From the human T2T-CHM13v2.0 reference genome, Homo sapiens: a stretch of 64,000 bases of DNA. The notes beneath the pieces were generated by a model, which searched no databases, was not told where the DNA came from, and was given only the letters and a program-made list of their open reading frames with translations. The translations under genes were made by a program, and so were the position numbers. The stretch lies in assembly GCF_009914755.1 (NCBI RefSeq), contig NC_060941.1. One strand, given 5' to 3'. The stretch's first letter is position 1. Each line of letters begins with the position of its first letter. Below are positions 12,353 to 26,675 of the stretch, one piece after another.

Positions 12353-13019
12353 GCTCCTCTATAGAGGAGAAAATGTAGGGAAAAAACCCCTATATTTTCC
12401 CCTACACCTTCTCCTTTATGGGTCATTCAGAAAGGTCGGTCCAGGTCTTGACATCGAGTTGGCAGCAGAGGAGCCAAGGACTCAAGCCAGATGAATTCTC
12501 ACTGGTCACGAGGTGTCTGACATGTATGCTGGGCGGGCTCAAGTCCAGGTCTGTGCCCATCTCCCTGCAGCAGCACTGGGGCCCCTTGGCCGCCCATGCA
12601 GTCCTGGGAATCCAGGCACCAGGGACCAGACCTGACCTGAAACAGGGATGTGTGTGGAGAGGACCCCACTCCACGTCAGGGCGCCTGGTCCTGCCTAACG
12701 CTCCAGCCTGGACAACTGCCCTGTGCCTACATTCCCTGTGCCGTCCCTGTCCCCTGTCCTGCAGGTAAGCAGCTGACCACCTGCTCGCACCTCACATCTC
12801 CCTATGGCACATGCCCCACCCCACCACCCTTTAGGTGCCACAATGAGCCTGCCAGACCAGACTCCCTCCCTCCACCCACAGCTGCACACAACTGGATGTG
12901 GGACCCCAAAAAACAGGTTTGGCCTCCCTCATTCCACCAGGATGGGGTGATCTGAGCTAAGAGAGGGAAGGACCTCTAGTTAAATGTAATGGGGAGGGCA
13001 GCTTGCTCACGTGCAGTCA

Positions 13020-13165
13020 GAAGAACACGCATGAAGGAGAGCGCTCATGAGGGAGAGCTCGCATGGGGGAGCACGTGCACGGAGGAGAGGGTGCACAGGG
13101 GAGAACGTGCACAAGGGAGAACGTGCATGATGGAGAACGTGCATGAGAGAGAGCACGCATGGAGA
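13020..13165. repeat. Degenerate ~15-bp minisatellite (GGAGAACGTGCATGA-like)
   Basis: About 9-10 diverged copies visible. Confidence 0.8.
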
Positions 13166-15579
13166 TGGAAGACCATCTCATCGTCTCCAGCCCATAGCTC
13201 CTCACCCTAAAACACATCCCTGGCAGTGTGCTCCAAGGAGTGACCAAGAGCCAGGGTGAGGGTCGTAGGCACGTGTGGGGCCTCCTGCAGACCACAGGTG
13301 CCTTGGAGGAGAGGCTGTCATGGGTCATCTTTGTGTCATCCTTACGTTCAGCTCCACACACACAGCCCCTGGCCCCGATCCAGACCCAAAAGGGCCCTGC
13401 GAATGTTGGAGAATGAATAGTTGTGTGCTTCAATATCACCTGAACTCAGGAGATCACTACTGGAGACACCACCGCAGCCCCAGTGGCCCACATGTGTGTA
13501 CCTGGGACATCATCCTGGCCCCGGTGGCCAAAATGCCGTGTGTCCACTCTGCTGGACAGAGGGGAAAGAGTAAAGACTGTCAACAGCAAATAAGACAGGC
13601 TGGCGGGTGGGCTAGGGCTGGACGGAGGGCTGTCTTCACTCAACAGCTCCCCCCGAGGCTACTGGCTCCCCATGTGAAATGTCGCCACATTATAAGCAGA
13701 GTCTCATAAAATTTCACAGGAAGGTGGCATTAAAATTCTTCTACTCCAAACCACCCCTCAGCACACACATGCATCTAAGGTTAGAATCCCTTCCCCAACA
13801 TCCTACCACGTGCTTCTCAAGCTAGGGAACCCCCCTCAGCCCCCAAGGGTGTGCAGAGGTGAGATGAGGGTGGCTGGCCACACAGCCCACGCATGTGCCT
13901 CCTCTCAAAGTATCCGTTCTAGCCAAAGTGTCTGGGGGAACTATTACTGTCAGGTTATAGCCAGCACAAGCATATTGTGGATTCAATGTAAGATGTGCTT
14001 GAAGTTTTAAGAGAACAAATAAGACTTCAAAGAAATGTCATCCTTTCTCTGGACCCCTTCTGGCAACACACGCCCAGTCCCTCAGGGGTACAGGTTTAAT
14101 ATTTCCTCTCTTCTGGAGTCTTCCGGGGAAAATGTATACCTCCAGGGAAATGCTGTGTGCCTCTCTGTCATCCAAGACAGGCCACTTAATCTCCCTTTGC
14201 CTGAGCACAGCCCACTGCACGCATGTTCTAGCTCTGTGATGCACCACCACGAAAAAAATAACAGCAGAACCAGCCCTTCCTTTCTATTCACTGAAGGAGA
14301 AAAAACAGAATTAACTGCTTCATAGACAGTCAAAATAAGCTTTCTGCTGGCCTCAGTGACAATGCTTGACATCCATAATGCAGAATGGAGGTGAGTCCTG
14401 GGTCCCCAGCACCCCTCCTGCTGGAAGAGGCCAGGACACACGAAGGGTCTCTCATGGGAAGCAGCCATCGTGGCTCTCAGCTCATGGAAAGCGGGGTACG
14501 TGACCAGCACTGGCCAGGGTGCGACGCTTGGGGTATTCGCAGGGAAATGAGGGCAAAGCATTTTGCAAAGAGCGTGCAGGGCCGGGCAAAATACTAAATA
14601 ATTCAAAAATCATGATGACCTTGCCTTGGGAACTTTTGGAGCAACAGAATGGTTTAGAATAATGACCCATCCAATGACATTCTGGCTCACAGACAAGAGA
14701 CAATATTCAAACGCCACCTCTGGTCACCCCTGGCCTGAGGGACATTTGTTTTGGTGGCTGAGGCAGCCGCCAGTTACCCAGTACTGTGGGTACAGGCGTG
14801 AGCTTTCTCAGCTACAAAGAGCACGACATAAACAAGGAAGGCGCACACACACCTGTCACCTCTCCGTGGACTGCAGTGTTTAAAAGACAGTCATCACCCA
14901 AAGTGCTTTTTATAACAAGAAAGGACTCTGAACGTTGTCAGGTGAGTAGCACTGCCTGTGTCCCCATGGCCAGGGCGTGTGCAGAGCCTGGGTGGACGCA
15001 GGCAGGTTAGCTATCCCAGCCCTATGCATCACTCCTGCATCACACCTAGCGCCCCGTGTGTGACCCGGGATCCCACCGTTCTCCAGGGTCGAGGGAGAAC
15101 ACTTCAAGAGAGGCGACTAAATCTCCACCAAGCACATTATATCAAATACGCCTCAGGAAAACCCTTTATGGAAACCTACTATGTGCAGCACTGTGGGAGA
15201 AACAAGTTGCAGCCTGTGCCCTTAAGGAACTCCAGAAAGAAAAGGGGACAGGTGACAAGAGACATGACCAAAGAGGCAGCTCCATGCACAGATGACGACG
15301 ACCGCCCAGCTGCCCTCTGCAGGTGTGCAGGACCAGAGGGCAGGAAGGTGGGGTGGGGGTGGGCTCTGGGTCATGCCCACTTGGCCTCCATCCCAGAGAG
15401 CAGCTCCCCCAAACCTGGAATGATGAGTGTGCCTGACGGGGCCCATCTGAGATAGACCACAGTGGTCGTACTAGCTGGTGGCAGAGGGTTGGGAGTGGTA
15501 GTCCTTAAATTATTTTGAAATAATTTAAGAATCACAGGAAGTTGCAAAAATAGTACAGAAAATTCCCGTGCACCCTTCT

Positions 15580-15940
15580 ATTATGGACTGAATCATGCCC
15601 TCTCAAAATTCATACATTGAAGTCCTAACCCCTAGTACGTTAGATGTGACCGTATTTGGAGATAGGACCCTTACCAGGCCATATGGGTGGGCCTCATCCA
15701 CTCTGACCAGTGTCCTTCTAAGAGAAGAAGATTAGGACACAGACATGCACAGATCAAGGGGCGGCCATGTGAGGACATAAGGAGAAGATGACCATCTACA
15801 AGCCAAAGAGAAGCCTTCAAGGAAACCAATGCTGCCAACAGCTTGATCTTAGACTTCTGGCCTCTTGAATTTTGAGAAAATTAACCTCTGTTGTGTGAGC
15901 CCCCAGGCTGAGGGGCTTCACCATGGCAGCCCAAGCCGAC
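15580..15940 (+). mobile_element. MLT1A/B-like LTR adjacent to an old L1 fragment (15510-15580)
   Basis: TATGGACTGAATCATGCCC...AAAATTCATACATTGAAGTCCTAACCCC...CATCTACAAGCCAA...TTGATCTTAGACTTCTGGCCTC. Confidence 0.78.
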
Positions 15941-16139
15941 CACACACCTCCCACATCTCATGACCACCCTCCATTCTCAAGCGAGGACACTGCCCTGGGT
16001 CTGTTGGTCAGTGGCAGAGCTTATTCAAACGTGACAAGTTCTGTGATCTGACCTGTGTGGCCTCTATACCGGCACTTCTCAAACCATCTGTGGTGAAGGA
16101 TTCATTGGTTTATTTCCAATTCATTCTGGACCTACATTT

Positions 16140-16250
16140 TTGTTTCTTTGTTTTGTTTTTTGAGACAGGGTCTCACTATGCTGCCCAGCTGATCTCAAAC
16201 ACCAGGGCTCAACCAATCCTCCCACCTCAGCCTCCTGAGTAGTTGAAGTG
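16140..16250 (-). mobile_element. Alu monomer fragment (FLAM-like)
   Basis: TTTTTGAGACAGGGTCTCACTATG...CCTCAGCCTCCTGAGTAG. Confidence 0.8.
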
Positions 16251-18715
16251 ACAAGCCCTTACTTTTGGTTTTTAGAAAACCTATAAAAATAGAATCACTA
16301 GAAAAATGGAATAAAGAAGGCATACAAAACACAAAGCCCAGGTTCTTAACGATTAGACTCATCAGACCTAAAACGACTCCTTCAAATGACTAAAAGATTC
16401 TAAATGCTTAATTTCAGCTTCTGTACTCAGTTGCAGGGATCAGGAGCAGCACCTCACGGGCTGGCACCCATCCACAGACCTCACTTTGAGTAGCTGAGAT
16501 ATGGGTCATGTGAGACGTGTCCTCAGCCTGTTGCTAGGGAGCTGCTGTGGGTTTGAATTCTGTATGGCCCTGGGTTGGTCATTTATCTGCAGCTCAGCTT
16601 CCTCACAGAGCCCGAGTTGGAACTGTTGTGAGGATTCACGATGATTCATATATATTTTGGGACGAGAACCTCGGGTAAGATAACCTGCTCACATGTGTCA
16701 TTCAGGGACGTCAGCCTGATGGATTTCCAGGCCTTGCATACTGTTCTGGACACTCCAGGCACACAGATGCCTCCCACAAGAAGTTGTGTTACGAGTGTAT
16801 TATTTGATCTTTGTTGAACTTGGGTTTATCTTTGCTTGCTTTCAGGCCCTCCCATAATGTTGACATCCTGATGAACCCCCGCTGGTGACGGCAGGTGGCC
16901 ACACCCTGCAAGCTCCCTGTAATTCCAGCCATTACTCAGCAATGCTCAGCAATGCAAGGTCACTCAGAAACACCATCTGTCCAAGCTCCATCTCCCCTCC
17001 CACCCCAAAGGAAAAAAGAAAAATTATTCTGTTCCGCCTCCATTTTTCTCCTCCTCCTAAAAGCACACACACACACTCACACACACACACACGCAGAACT
17101 AAAGTTAGGCTTGCCTTGACCTCTACTTCTAAATTAATTTTCCTTCCTCAGGCATTTGCTGACGCTCCTTTTCTGTTCTTTCCCCCACAGAACACAGATG
17201 TCTTTGAAAGCACCAATCCTGCAAACACTTTGTATATCCTTGCAAATCGGGTAAAAGAATAATTTTCTCCAAATCTATACAAATCCTCACTCGTCCATTC
17301 ACCTTTGCCATGGAATTCACCGGCAACCCCCTCTGAGGAATGCACGTGTCAATGCAGAAAAAAAAAAAAATGAAGAAATTCCGGAATCACATCGAGGGGC
17401 CTCAGCCCCAGGTCCCATCTAAGAATGAGGCCAGCAAGAACCACTTAGGCTCTTGGATGCCGTTGACTCACGTCCCTGGTGGCCCTTGATCATTTTGAAT
17501 CTAAAACATATGGATTTATACAGATTCATGTGGAACCTTCTCATGTTTCTCCATCCAGAATATCTCTGTGACGATGCAGTCACAAGTTCTGCAGTTACTT
17601 CTGTGTGACAGGGTCTGTTTGGATCATGCTTGCACAGGTGTCGATATACCATCCTGGAACACGAGGACTAACCCTCCTTTCCCTCAACGGATGGTGACAA
17701 TCATTTATTGGCTCTCACTGAAGACACAGCCCTTATCGCTGGGGGACTCAGCATCTCAGAGGAGGATGGGCTGTGCATGCAGAGGGAACACAGGGAGCAA
17801 AGTCTGTGCAGAAGGTCACCTCACTCACATTTGACTTTTGTATCCGTGAACTTCAGTGCAGCGTGTACCCAGGATCTATTTTCTGCTTCCATTCCCCCTC
17901 ATTCCCTGGTGCCATTAGTTCCTTTTCCTAAAGTCCTCATGGGTCTCCCCCAGCCCTGGACTCTTACCTCCACCATCACCACCTGACTCAGTCCCTGCTG
18001 CCCGCCCACTGGCCTGCCTCACCACCAGAGCCCCACGCATCACTAACTTCAGCACCCGTGCCCACCCAAAAATGTGTCCACATCCCTCTCTCCCCAGAGG
18101 TCTCTTTTTCCCTCTGTTTCTTGGGCCTGACTCCTACCTTTCCTTCCAATTCATTCCTTCCACACCTCAAGAGCCCCCTGGAGAGACCTCACAGGCTCCC
18201 CTCTCCTGGCCCAGCTCTACAACGCCTCCCTCTCCCACAGGCAGAGCAAGACTCCAGTTTCTCTCTCCTGTGACAAAAGTGTGCGCCCAAAACTTGCAGC
18301 ACGAACTGTTTATTTTTAGGTTTAGATTTGGGGTCTGGCTTTTAATTCTTAGTTTGTTCTCAAGTCCGATCTCAGCAGTGGGAGGTGGGAAGTGGGTGGG
18401 GGACAGAGAATGATCTCAGCTCATCGTTCCAGGTGCCTCCCTCTCCACTAGGTCTGTGGACGGCCTTCTGACCTGGGGTCCTGGGGTTCTTCCAATGTCC
18501 ACTCTTACAGCTCCAGTCATTCTGGCCTTGGTTTTACCGCTCAGCCTGCATACCTTCTTATCATTGTCTTAAAATCAGCCAAGGGATGGTTCTTTTCCAG
18601 AGCATCTCAGTGTCTGGGTGAGATCAGGGCCGAGGGTCAGGGGACACCTCAGGATGAGTCGTGGGCTGTAGAGTCATAGTGCCTGGGTTCATCTTCCTCC
18701 CTGGCAGCCTTGGAG

Positions 18716-19230
18716 GATACAGTGGGTGGAATCATGTCCCCCCAAAACATGTTCCAGCCCTAACCCCCAGGACCTGGGAATGTGGCCTTAGTTGGAAATA
18801 AGGTCTTTGCAGATGTGATGAAGGTAAGAGGTGGGCCCCGATCCAATGACTGGTGTCCTTAGAAGAGGAGGGGAATGAGAACACACAGGTGCACACACAT
18901 GCATGCGTGCACACATGTACACACACAAATGCACACACACACAGGAAGGTCGTGCGCGACAGGATACACAGGCATGGGGGTGGGGTTGCCTCATGATGAT
19001 GGAGGCAGAGACTGGACTGACGGTGCATCTATAAGCCAAGGCCCACAGAGGATGGCCAGTGGCCCCCAGAGCCAGGAGAAAGGCCTCCGTGTGTGGGACA
19101 GTTTCTCCCTGAGAAGCAACCCCGCTGCCCTCCTGATTTTGGATCCTGGCCTCCAGGAATTGGTGAGAACGAAGAGCTATCGTGAGAAGCCACCCAGTCC
19201 GTGGCATTCTGTGATGGCAGTCACGGGACA
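18716..19230 (+). mobile_element. MLT1C/D-like LTR with internal (CA)-rich tract
   Basis: GGAATGTGGCCTTAGTTGGAAATAAGGTCTTTGCAGATG...ATCCAATGACTGGTGTCCTT...GGCCTCCAGGAATTGGTGAGA. Confidence 0.75.
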
Positions 19231-20199
19231 CCGACCCAGATGATCTGAATTTCCAGCCCCACTGGCCAGGCTGACTGTCCTGGGGGCTGCACCTGACACC
19301 CTGTGCTCTGGGGGCCACTGACACCCTGAGGACCAGGCCCTGCTGGCTCCTCTCCTTGGATTATTTCCATCTGGGGAGCAGCGGCAGGGCCCTCCCTTCC
19401 CGCTCCAGCGCTGGAACTACATCTGGAAGCTCTTCTCACCCTTAATTGTTCTTAATGCTTTAACACACGGAGTGACTAATGGGCTCTAATTGGGAGCGGT
19501 GTCCTGGGGAACTCGCCCACAGCGCCCTCTGCGACCCGCCCAGTCTCCTCCGCTGCTCACTCACAGAGCTCTAAAGTCACCAAGGAAAAATATTGGCCCG
19601 TTTTTCTATTTTTTTAAAAAATGTCACACCAGTGCCAAAAAGCAGTTTTATCCTTCAGCCAACAAGTATAGGGCAAAGAAAAGGATAGAGGCAAAGCCAA
19701 AAGCAGATGGGACAAAATATCACAAATGCCACTGAGGTCTGTGACATCTGTCTAGAGACAAAGAGTTCTTGGAGGCAAACCCCACGCCAGTCAGTTCAGG
19801 GCGTGTGAAGGATTCCAGCCACACGTTTCCCCTTGAAGGGGAAAGGAAAGAGGGGATAAGGCATCTCTGATGTCTTCTCATCTCCTCTCCGACCCCTGTG
19901 AGGGGTAAGTGGTGACTGCCAAGTCACCAGAACTGCAGAGAAGGAACCAGATGATAGAGAGGATAGGCAGAGGCAGGGTGGCAGAATTAGGGGGTCTGGA
20001 AAAGAAAGTGCAGAAAAGCCTGAAGTGCGCACAATTCCTCAGTGGGGTGGCGGGGACAGAGAGAGACAGACAGAGACAGAGAAGGAGGAAGAGGAGGGGG
20101 AATGAGAAAGGAAAGAAGTAGGGGGAGAGAAAAAAGAAGAAAGAGGAGAAAGAGGAAAAGGAGACGGAAGAGGAAGAAGAAGAAAAGGAGGAGGAGGAA

Positions 20200-20870
<671 letters not shown>

Positions 20871-21590
20871 TCATGTCCTCTTTCTCACAGGGACATCCTC
20901 AGAGCTTGCTCTGGTGGTGAACAAGCAAAGGGGCAGGGTGGCAGAATTAGGCAGGATCAGAATGAGGGACTGAAGTGGCTGAGCCTGGCATCCTTCCTAA
21001 ATATTTTCCAAATACATTTCTTAATAGAAAAGGAATCACAGAAGTTTTTAGGACCCAAGTCTCCAAAGACTGGCTCAAACTAAAGTCTTCTCATTAAAAT
21101 ATTGGATCCAAGAAGGAAATAAGATGCCCCTGTAGGAAGGAGAGACCCCAGCAACGTCCTTCAGCTGGGCACCGCCTGTTCCACCCAGGAGCACCTAGGA
21201 CGAGCTCCTGCAAAAGGAATGCATTCACTGCAAGCCTGGGAGCAACGTCCCATCCGCTTCTGGTATAACTAAATGAAGCCATGATCCCCCTCTCCCCGCC
21301 GCCAAGCAACGCTCATGTGCTCCAGGAAGCCCCACGCACGTTCCCACGGCTCATGCGGGCAGCCTGTGTCTCGGCTCAGCCCTCAAGGGTGCCATGCTCC
21401 CCGTGTGATGGATTCCAGTTTAACAGCTTTTAAAAACAAGCAGACAAGAGACGGGCGTGATGGATGAGTGCAGGAAGCACGCTCATTTGGAGATGATTTA
21501 TGGGAAGTCATGTGTTGCCGCTCATGGGTGCGTCCCTGAGGGTGGGGGCCGGGGTGGATGGATGAGTTTGGATAGTGTAAGCTGCACTAC

Positions 21591-21706
21591 CACGGCAGGC
21601 TCACACTCAGCCCCATGGCGTGTGCGGCAGCTCCCGCTCCCATCTCATCACGGCAGGCTCACACTCAGCCCCATGGCATGCGCGGCAGCACCCGCTCCCA
21701 TCTCAT
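21591..21706. repeat. Tandem duplication, 2 x 58 bp
   Basis: CACGGCAGGCTCACACTCAGCCCCATGGC...CCCGCTCCCATCTCAT at 21591-21648 and 21649-21706, with 3 substitutions. Confidence 0.93.
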
Positions 21707-23679
21707 GCTGTCTGCATCAGGGCAGAAGACTTTGTTTATCTCTCAGCTCCAGAACAAAGATGCTCCCCCATCCCCAAAAACATCTAGAGAAGAGACAACC
21801 GGCCACATTCCTTGGCTCCTCTGTGTGACCCCAACAACGAACAGCAATGTGGTTTAGGAAAATTCAGGTTATCCCATGAGAGTGGTGAAGGGGAGGGGAA
21901 AGGAAGGGAAGGGTCAGGGTTGGAGGAGCAGATGACCCTCCTCTGGAGTTTTTGCTCAGGCCCATCTCTTCCCTGTGGACCTGAAAGACCCATCTGCTCC
22001 AGGCCTCAGCCACTGCATGTAACAGACAAATCTCGTTTTGCAGCATCCATGTTTTTAATAAGGACTTAGAATTTACTATACAGTAAAACCCAAATTGAAT
22101 CCATAGTTAAAGGGATGAGCTTTAAAACGGGATCTAATTGACAGGACCCTTTCCGAGGCAGAGGCAATGAACCAGGGCTGAGGCAATGTCCTAGGAGGAA
22201 ACTGCTTCCTCCCCACACTCTCCTTTGAAGCAAGGACTCGCCTGCAGTGATGGGGAGTCTCGGTCGAAGGGCTCCTTGCCAAGGCCATTCCTGAATCAGA
22301 AAGGCCAGCCCGCCTCACTGGGGCAAAAGCTCCTGCAGGCTTTTCCCTGCCCGGGTTTCTCCATCACTGTTCTCCAAGTCCCTCTTAGGAAGCCCCTTCC
22401 TCTAGTCACATTCCTTTGGGCCATGGACGGCATCCACATGCCAGAGCTCTGGTAGCCCAAGGGGTGGTTTTGGCGGCCCCTTCTCTGAAGCCCATGTCCA
22501 GGCTGCAGGGAGAACCCAGGAGCTCGCGGGGCAGGAGGGTGTCTACAGGCACACCTGACCTCAGATGTGTGTACATGGCCCTCTTCCTTCAGACACCCGC
22601 CATCCACCATCCTGAAGGTGAATAAAAGACAGGCAGAGATTCAAAGCCACACGCAGGCCTCAGACTGCATTGCTCCTTGCTCTGAGGGGCTTCCTCTCAG
22701 AGGGGCTTCCTTCTCTCCCCTTGACCTCACCCTTTTAGAAAAGGAAGACTCTGAAAGGCAGATTCCTCACTTCACAATTCAGAGCACACCTTTGGAATCA
22801 ACAAGGGGCTGGACAGTGAACACACCGAGGGAAGCAGCTCAGGTCCAAAAGAGCTTGTGGGGTGACCCCACCAACCCTGGACTTCCCAGACGCTCCCTCG
22901 GGGGTGGGCTGGTCTTGTACTTTCACTGTTGATGACCCCGAGGATTTACCTATTTGGGGGACACAGGTTCTCAGACCCACAGAAAGGTGAGGCTGGGCCC
23001 CGCAACCTCCTTCTTGGAGGCAGCAGGAAGTGGCATTTTCAGAGGAGCATGGGAGATGGTGCTACCGTCACGGCCTGCAGGATGTCTGTACGTCAGGGCC
23101 CTCCCCTAGGGACAGAGCTGCACGCATCTTCTTGGAACTAGGCGTCTGAGGTTCCAGAGACAGAGCATGATCTCAGGGGGTCTCTCGTCCTGCACTGAGG
23201 CCAGCCCCAAACCTCGTGCCCTATACTCATTTTCTCAGACAGCCTGCAAGCACAGTGATCTTGGCACAGAGCGACCTGACCAGGAGCCGTAGTGGATGGC
23301 ACACCAGTGCTGCCTTCACAGCGACACTGCAGGGAGCCCCAGGACAGAAAGAGCCAGAAAGAGCAGTGGGATTCCTGCCCTCTAAACAGTCACATTGCTG
23401 CTTCTCTGTCCCATACAGGCTGGGGTGTGTGGCCTTCCTATCTGGGCTCCCCGAGGGGGCCCCTGATGGTTTACGGAATGGGGTGACAGCCGTTTCAGCA
23501 GAGGAGGGGAGTTGTTTAAGGGTTTATCTCAGACATGGGCCCAGATCCACCACTCCTCTCCTCCCGGGTCCATGGCAGAGCCAGTGCTCCCAGGGATAGA
23601 GTGCGACAGTGGGCTCGCTCGTCAGCTGTCCCTTGCTTCCACTCTGTCCCCCTCACAGAAGGCAGAGACACCTTTGTAT

Positions 23680-24220
23680 GTCTCAGGCCATTCAATCCCT
23701 CACTCAGAGCCCTGCAGTGGCTCCCACCACCCTTAAGACAAAATCCAAAGTCCTCAGTCCCAACCTAAAGGCCTCTGCATCCAGCCCTGGACCCTCTTCG
23801 TCATCTCCTTCCTCCACCTGCACAGCCCCCGGACCCCGTGATGCCAGCCCCTCCTGCTACTTCTCCAGCATGCCCACACGTTGCTGCCTCGGCGCCTTGG
23901 CACTGGCCATTCCCTCTGTCTGGAACACTCTCCCCTCAGACATCCTGGGGTCCTCCCTCCCTTCCTTCTGTCTTGGCTCACAACATCAGCACCGGGGCCT
24001 GCCCTTCTGTCCTGGGCAACTGCAGCCCCCACCATTCCCCGTGGTCTTAATGCACTGCATTTATCTTCACAGCGTTATGGCGCCTGACATACATTTATTC
24101 GCCATGTCCCTGCTAAAATATAAACACCATGAGGGCCAGAACTTGACCTTGTCTCCACTGCGTCTCCAGCACCCCAAACAGGGCTCAGCACATCGGGGGC
24201 TCAAGGTTGTGGAATGAACA
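23680..24220 (+). mobile_element. L2 LINE 3' region
   Basis: CCCTGCAGTGGCTCCC...AAAATCCAAAGTCCT...CACTGGCCATTCCCTCTGTCTGGAACACTCTCCCC...CCATGAGGGCCAG. Confidence 0.7.
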
Positions 24221-24589
24221 ATGTAGGGCAGTCTGGATGGATGAGCTACGGCAAGAAGACCCCAAGGAGCCCTGGAGCAGAGAAGAGCACCCATGGCCTT
24301 CACCAGAGAGAAGCAAGCAGTGCACGCCTGGAGAAGCACCCAGACTGTGCATAGAGACTTCCAATTCTGCAAACTCTGGAAAGAGCATCTTTTGATGGGT
24401 ATTGGAGAGACCAGCCTGTGTCCGGGCCTCTGGTCTCTTTGTCCAGGGTTCTCGTCGGCATCATCTGCTCAGCCTACAGTGGGTCATCATGCAAAGCCTG
24501 CCTGCAGGCTTCAGGGCTCCAGTCCTCCCTGCCTGGGGGTCGCTGACCCACAGCTTTGCATTGTCTATCAGCAGGGAATGGGGCTGCAC

Positions 24590-25215
24590 TGAACCTCATG
24601 GGGGTTTAAGAAAGAATTCACCTGGTGTCTGTCCCTGGTTCCTGGGAGGTGATCTCTAAAACTGCTGGGGTTTCCAAGGGATAGGAGTGTCTTCTGTTAT
24701 TCATAAAAAGCCACTCCTGACCACACCTGACCGTGTGCTGACCTGGCAACTCACAGGGACCCGTAGGAAGCTTCAAGTGTGAGGCTGGCCGTGCACGTGA
24801 TTAGAGGGTTGGAAATTTCACTCCCCACCTCAGGGGAGCAGAGAGGGCTAGAGACAGCTCAGTCACGTGGCTCGGGGAGCTTGCGGTTGGTGAACTTGTG
24901 GGTGAACCAGCAGGGTGGTGCATCCTAACACCATGGGGAATGGGTGTGGATGCTCCGAACTCAACCTGTGTGTATCATACGACTGTCATACAACTGTCAT
25001 TTTTAGTGTAGTGCTTTTTTGTTGCTGTCGTTCTGTGAACTGTAGCAAATTATCAAAACTGAGGGGTCCTGGGAACCTCTGAATTTGCCACTGGTCACAA
25101 GTGCAGGTGACCCTGGCAGCTTGCATTCGAAGTGAGAGCCATCTTACAGAGCGCTTGGCCCAAACCCTGTGGAGTCTGACGCTGACTCCGGCGGTTAGTG
25201 TCAGAGCTGAACGGC
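24590..25215 (+). mobile_element. MER21-like ERV LTR
   Basis: CTGGTTCCTGGGAG...CTCTAAAAC...GATAGGAGTGTCTT...GTGATTAGAGGGTTGGAA...CCTGTGGAGTCTGACGCT...TAGTGTCAGA. Confidence 0.65.
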
Positions 25216-25690
25216 AGTCACCCTCTCGGGGTGGGAACAGAGGCATCATGCCGTCCCCTCTAGAGCCACAGGAAGGCTTCAGGGCCCTCCCTGAGCCGCG
25301 GAGCAATCTGGGCAGCAGAACACGAACCGTGCAGGGGAGGGTCAGGCCCTGACTTTGGACTCTATGGCATCTTTGTTGACACCAGACAGTGGACCCCACA
25401 CCCCGCCCACCCTCCTTCCAGGACTAACTGCCCCGCAGCCAGGCTGATGGGCTTCGAGGTACAAAGAGCGGTCACTCCTTAAAAATTCTACCCCATACCT
25501 TCTTGGGCGTCCGTCGATGTTCCCCCTCCTACTCCACAAAGACACCATGACTTGAAAGCTATAGAGAGCAGCACAGAACGCCCCTACCCCACAACCCTTG
25601 CTGGAAAATCAAATCACCGCATTAAAACGTATTTCCTCCACAAATGCAAACTCTGGGGATGGGCATGGCGGACAGGTGGGGCCGCCTTAC

Positions 25691-25835
25691 CTGGTAGTGG
25701 GAGGTGAGGTCTGCTTTGCTGAGCGGGGAGGCCCCAGTGGGGCTCCTTCTGGACCGTCCTTGGCAAGGAGGGGGCTGCTGGGGAGGAGTGGCGACCACAG
25801 GAAGACTGTTAGCTTCTCAGAGGCAGAATTTCAAC
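25691..25835 (-). other. RBFOX3: 145-nt internal non-coding (5'UTR) exon
   Basis: On the minus strand: acceptor TTTTTTTACTTGCTTTTTTCCCCCTGCAG|GTTG (AG at 25836-25837) and donor CCAG|GTAAGG (GT at 25689-25690). No ATG inside the exon. Confidence 0.88.
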
Positions 25836-26675
25836 CTGCAGGGGGAAAAAAGCAAGTAAAAAAATTGCCTTTGAAGAAAACATCTTCCTTTTGATCTAAA
25901 ACAAACATTTGGTATTAATAAACCAGGGAGGGGGCAGCTTCAAAGCCAACTGTTTGCCACCAGGGATCGAGGGATTGAGGGATCAGCACCCTCCAAAGGG
26001 CACTTTGCTTTTTATGCCCCAGGGGAGTAAAAGGAAACTTGCAGAAAACACATCATTAGGACCCTATTGCCAAACAGCCACCGTGCAGTCCATCCCAGGG
26101 TCCGCCCCTCTCCCAGTCCACTTGCAATGGTCCCCCAATCCCAGGGACTCTTCCACCCCACCACGCTGGCCCCTCCCCATCGCCTTTCCCACTACCGCCC
26201 GCTCTTGCTTCCTCCCCCACCCAGCCTAGATTCCAGGACCCACCACTGTCCGCACTCTCCCAGCTACTTTGTCCCTCTCTTTTAAAAATATTCATCAGAT
26301 GATGTCACTGTCCTGATCTGGTGACACAGCCTTCCACTGGTGTCCTGTGTCATTTGGAAGAAACACTTAAAGTTGCTTCAGTGGCCTGCAAGCCAGGTGA
26401 ATCTGGCTTCTGTGATTTGGGGACTTCCTAAGAAAATAACATACGAGGTCTCACATGGGGGCCGTGCGCTCATAGACAGCTTCACGGTCAACCCCCTTTG
26501 CCTTTGGGGCTCTCGGCAGTCTGGCTCCCTCTCCTAGTATACTCCCTCTCTCCCCTGCAGCCCCACTGGCTTCCTGGCCATCCCTCCACACAGGCGCATG
26601 CCTCCCCGACCCCACCCCTGCACCACACCTTTGCAGGTCTACTGCATGGAATGCTCTTCCCTGCACAATTGCAGG

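Noticed and set aside
11326-12426. 366-aa minus-strand ORF
   Set aside because: Translation of a tetranucleotide satellite (SIHP/SIYL repeats).
13020-13165. GCATG-rich 15-bp repeat as an RBFOX site array
   Set aside because: The motifs are on the plus strand, antisense to the inferred transcript.
25830-25840. CAG|GTTGAA at the exon start as a recursive splice site
   Set aside because: The reconstituted donor GAG|GTTGAA is a poor U1 match at +3 to +6 compared with the exon's own CAG|GTAAG.
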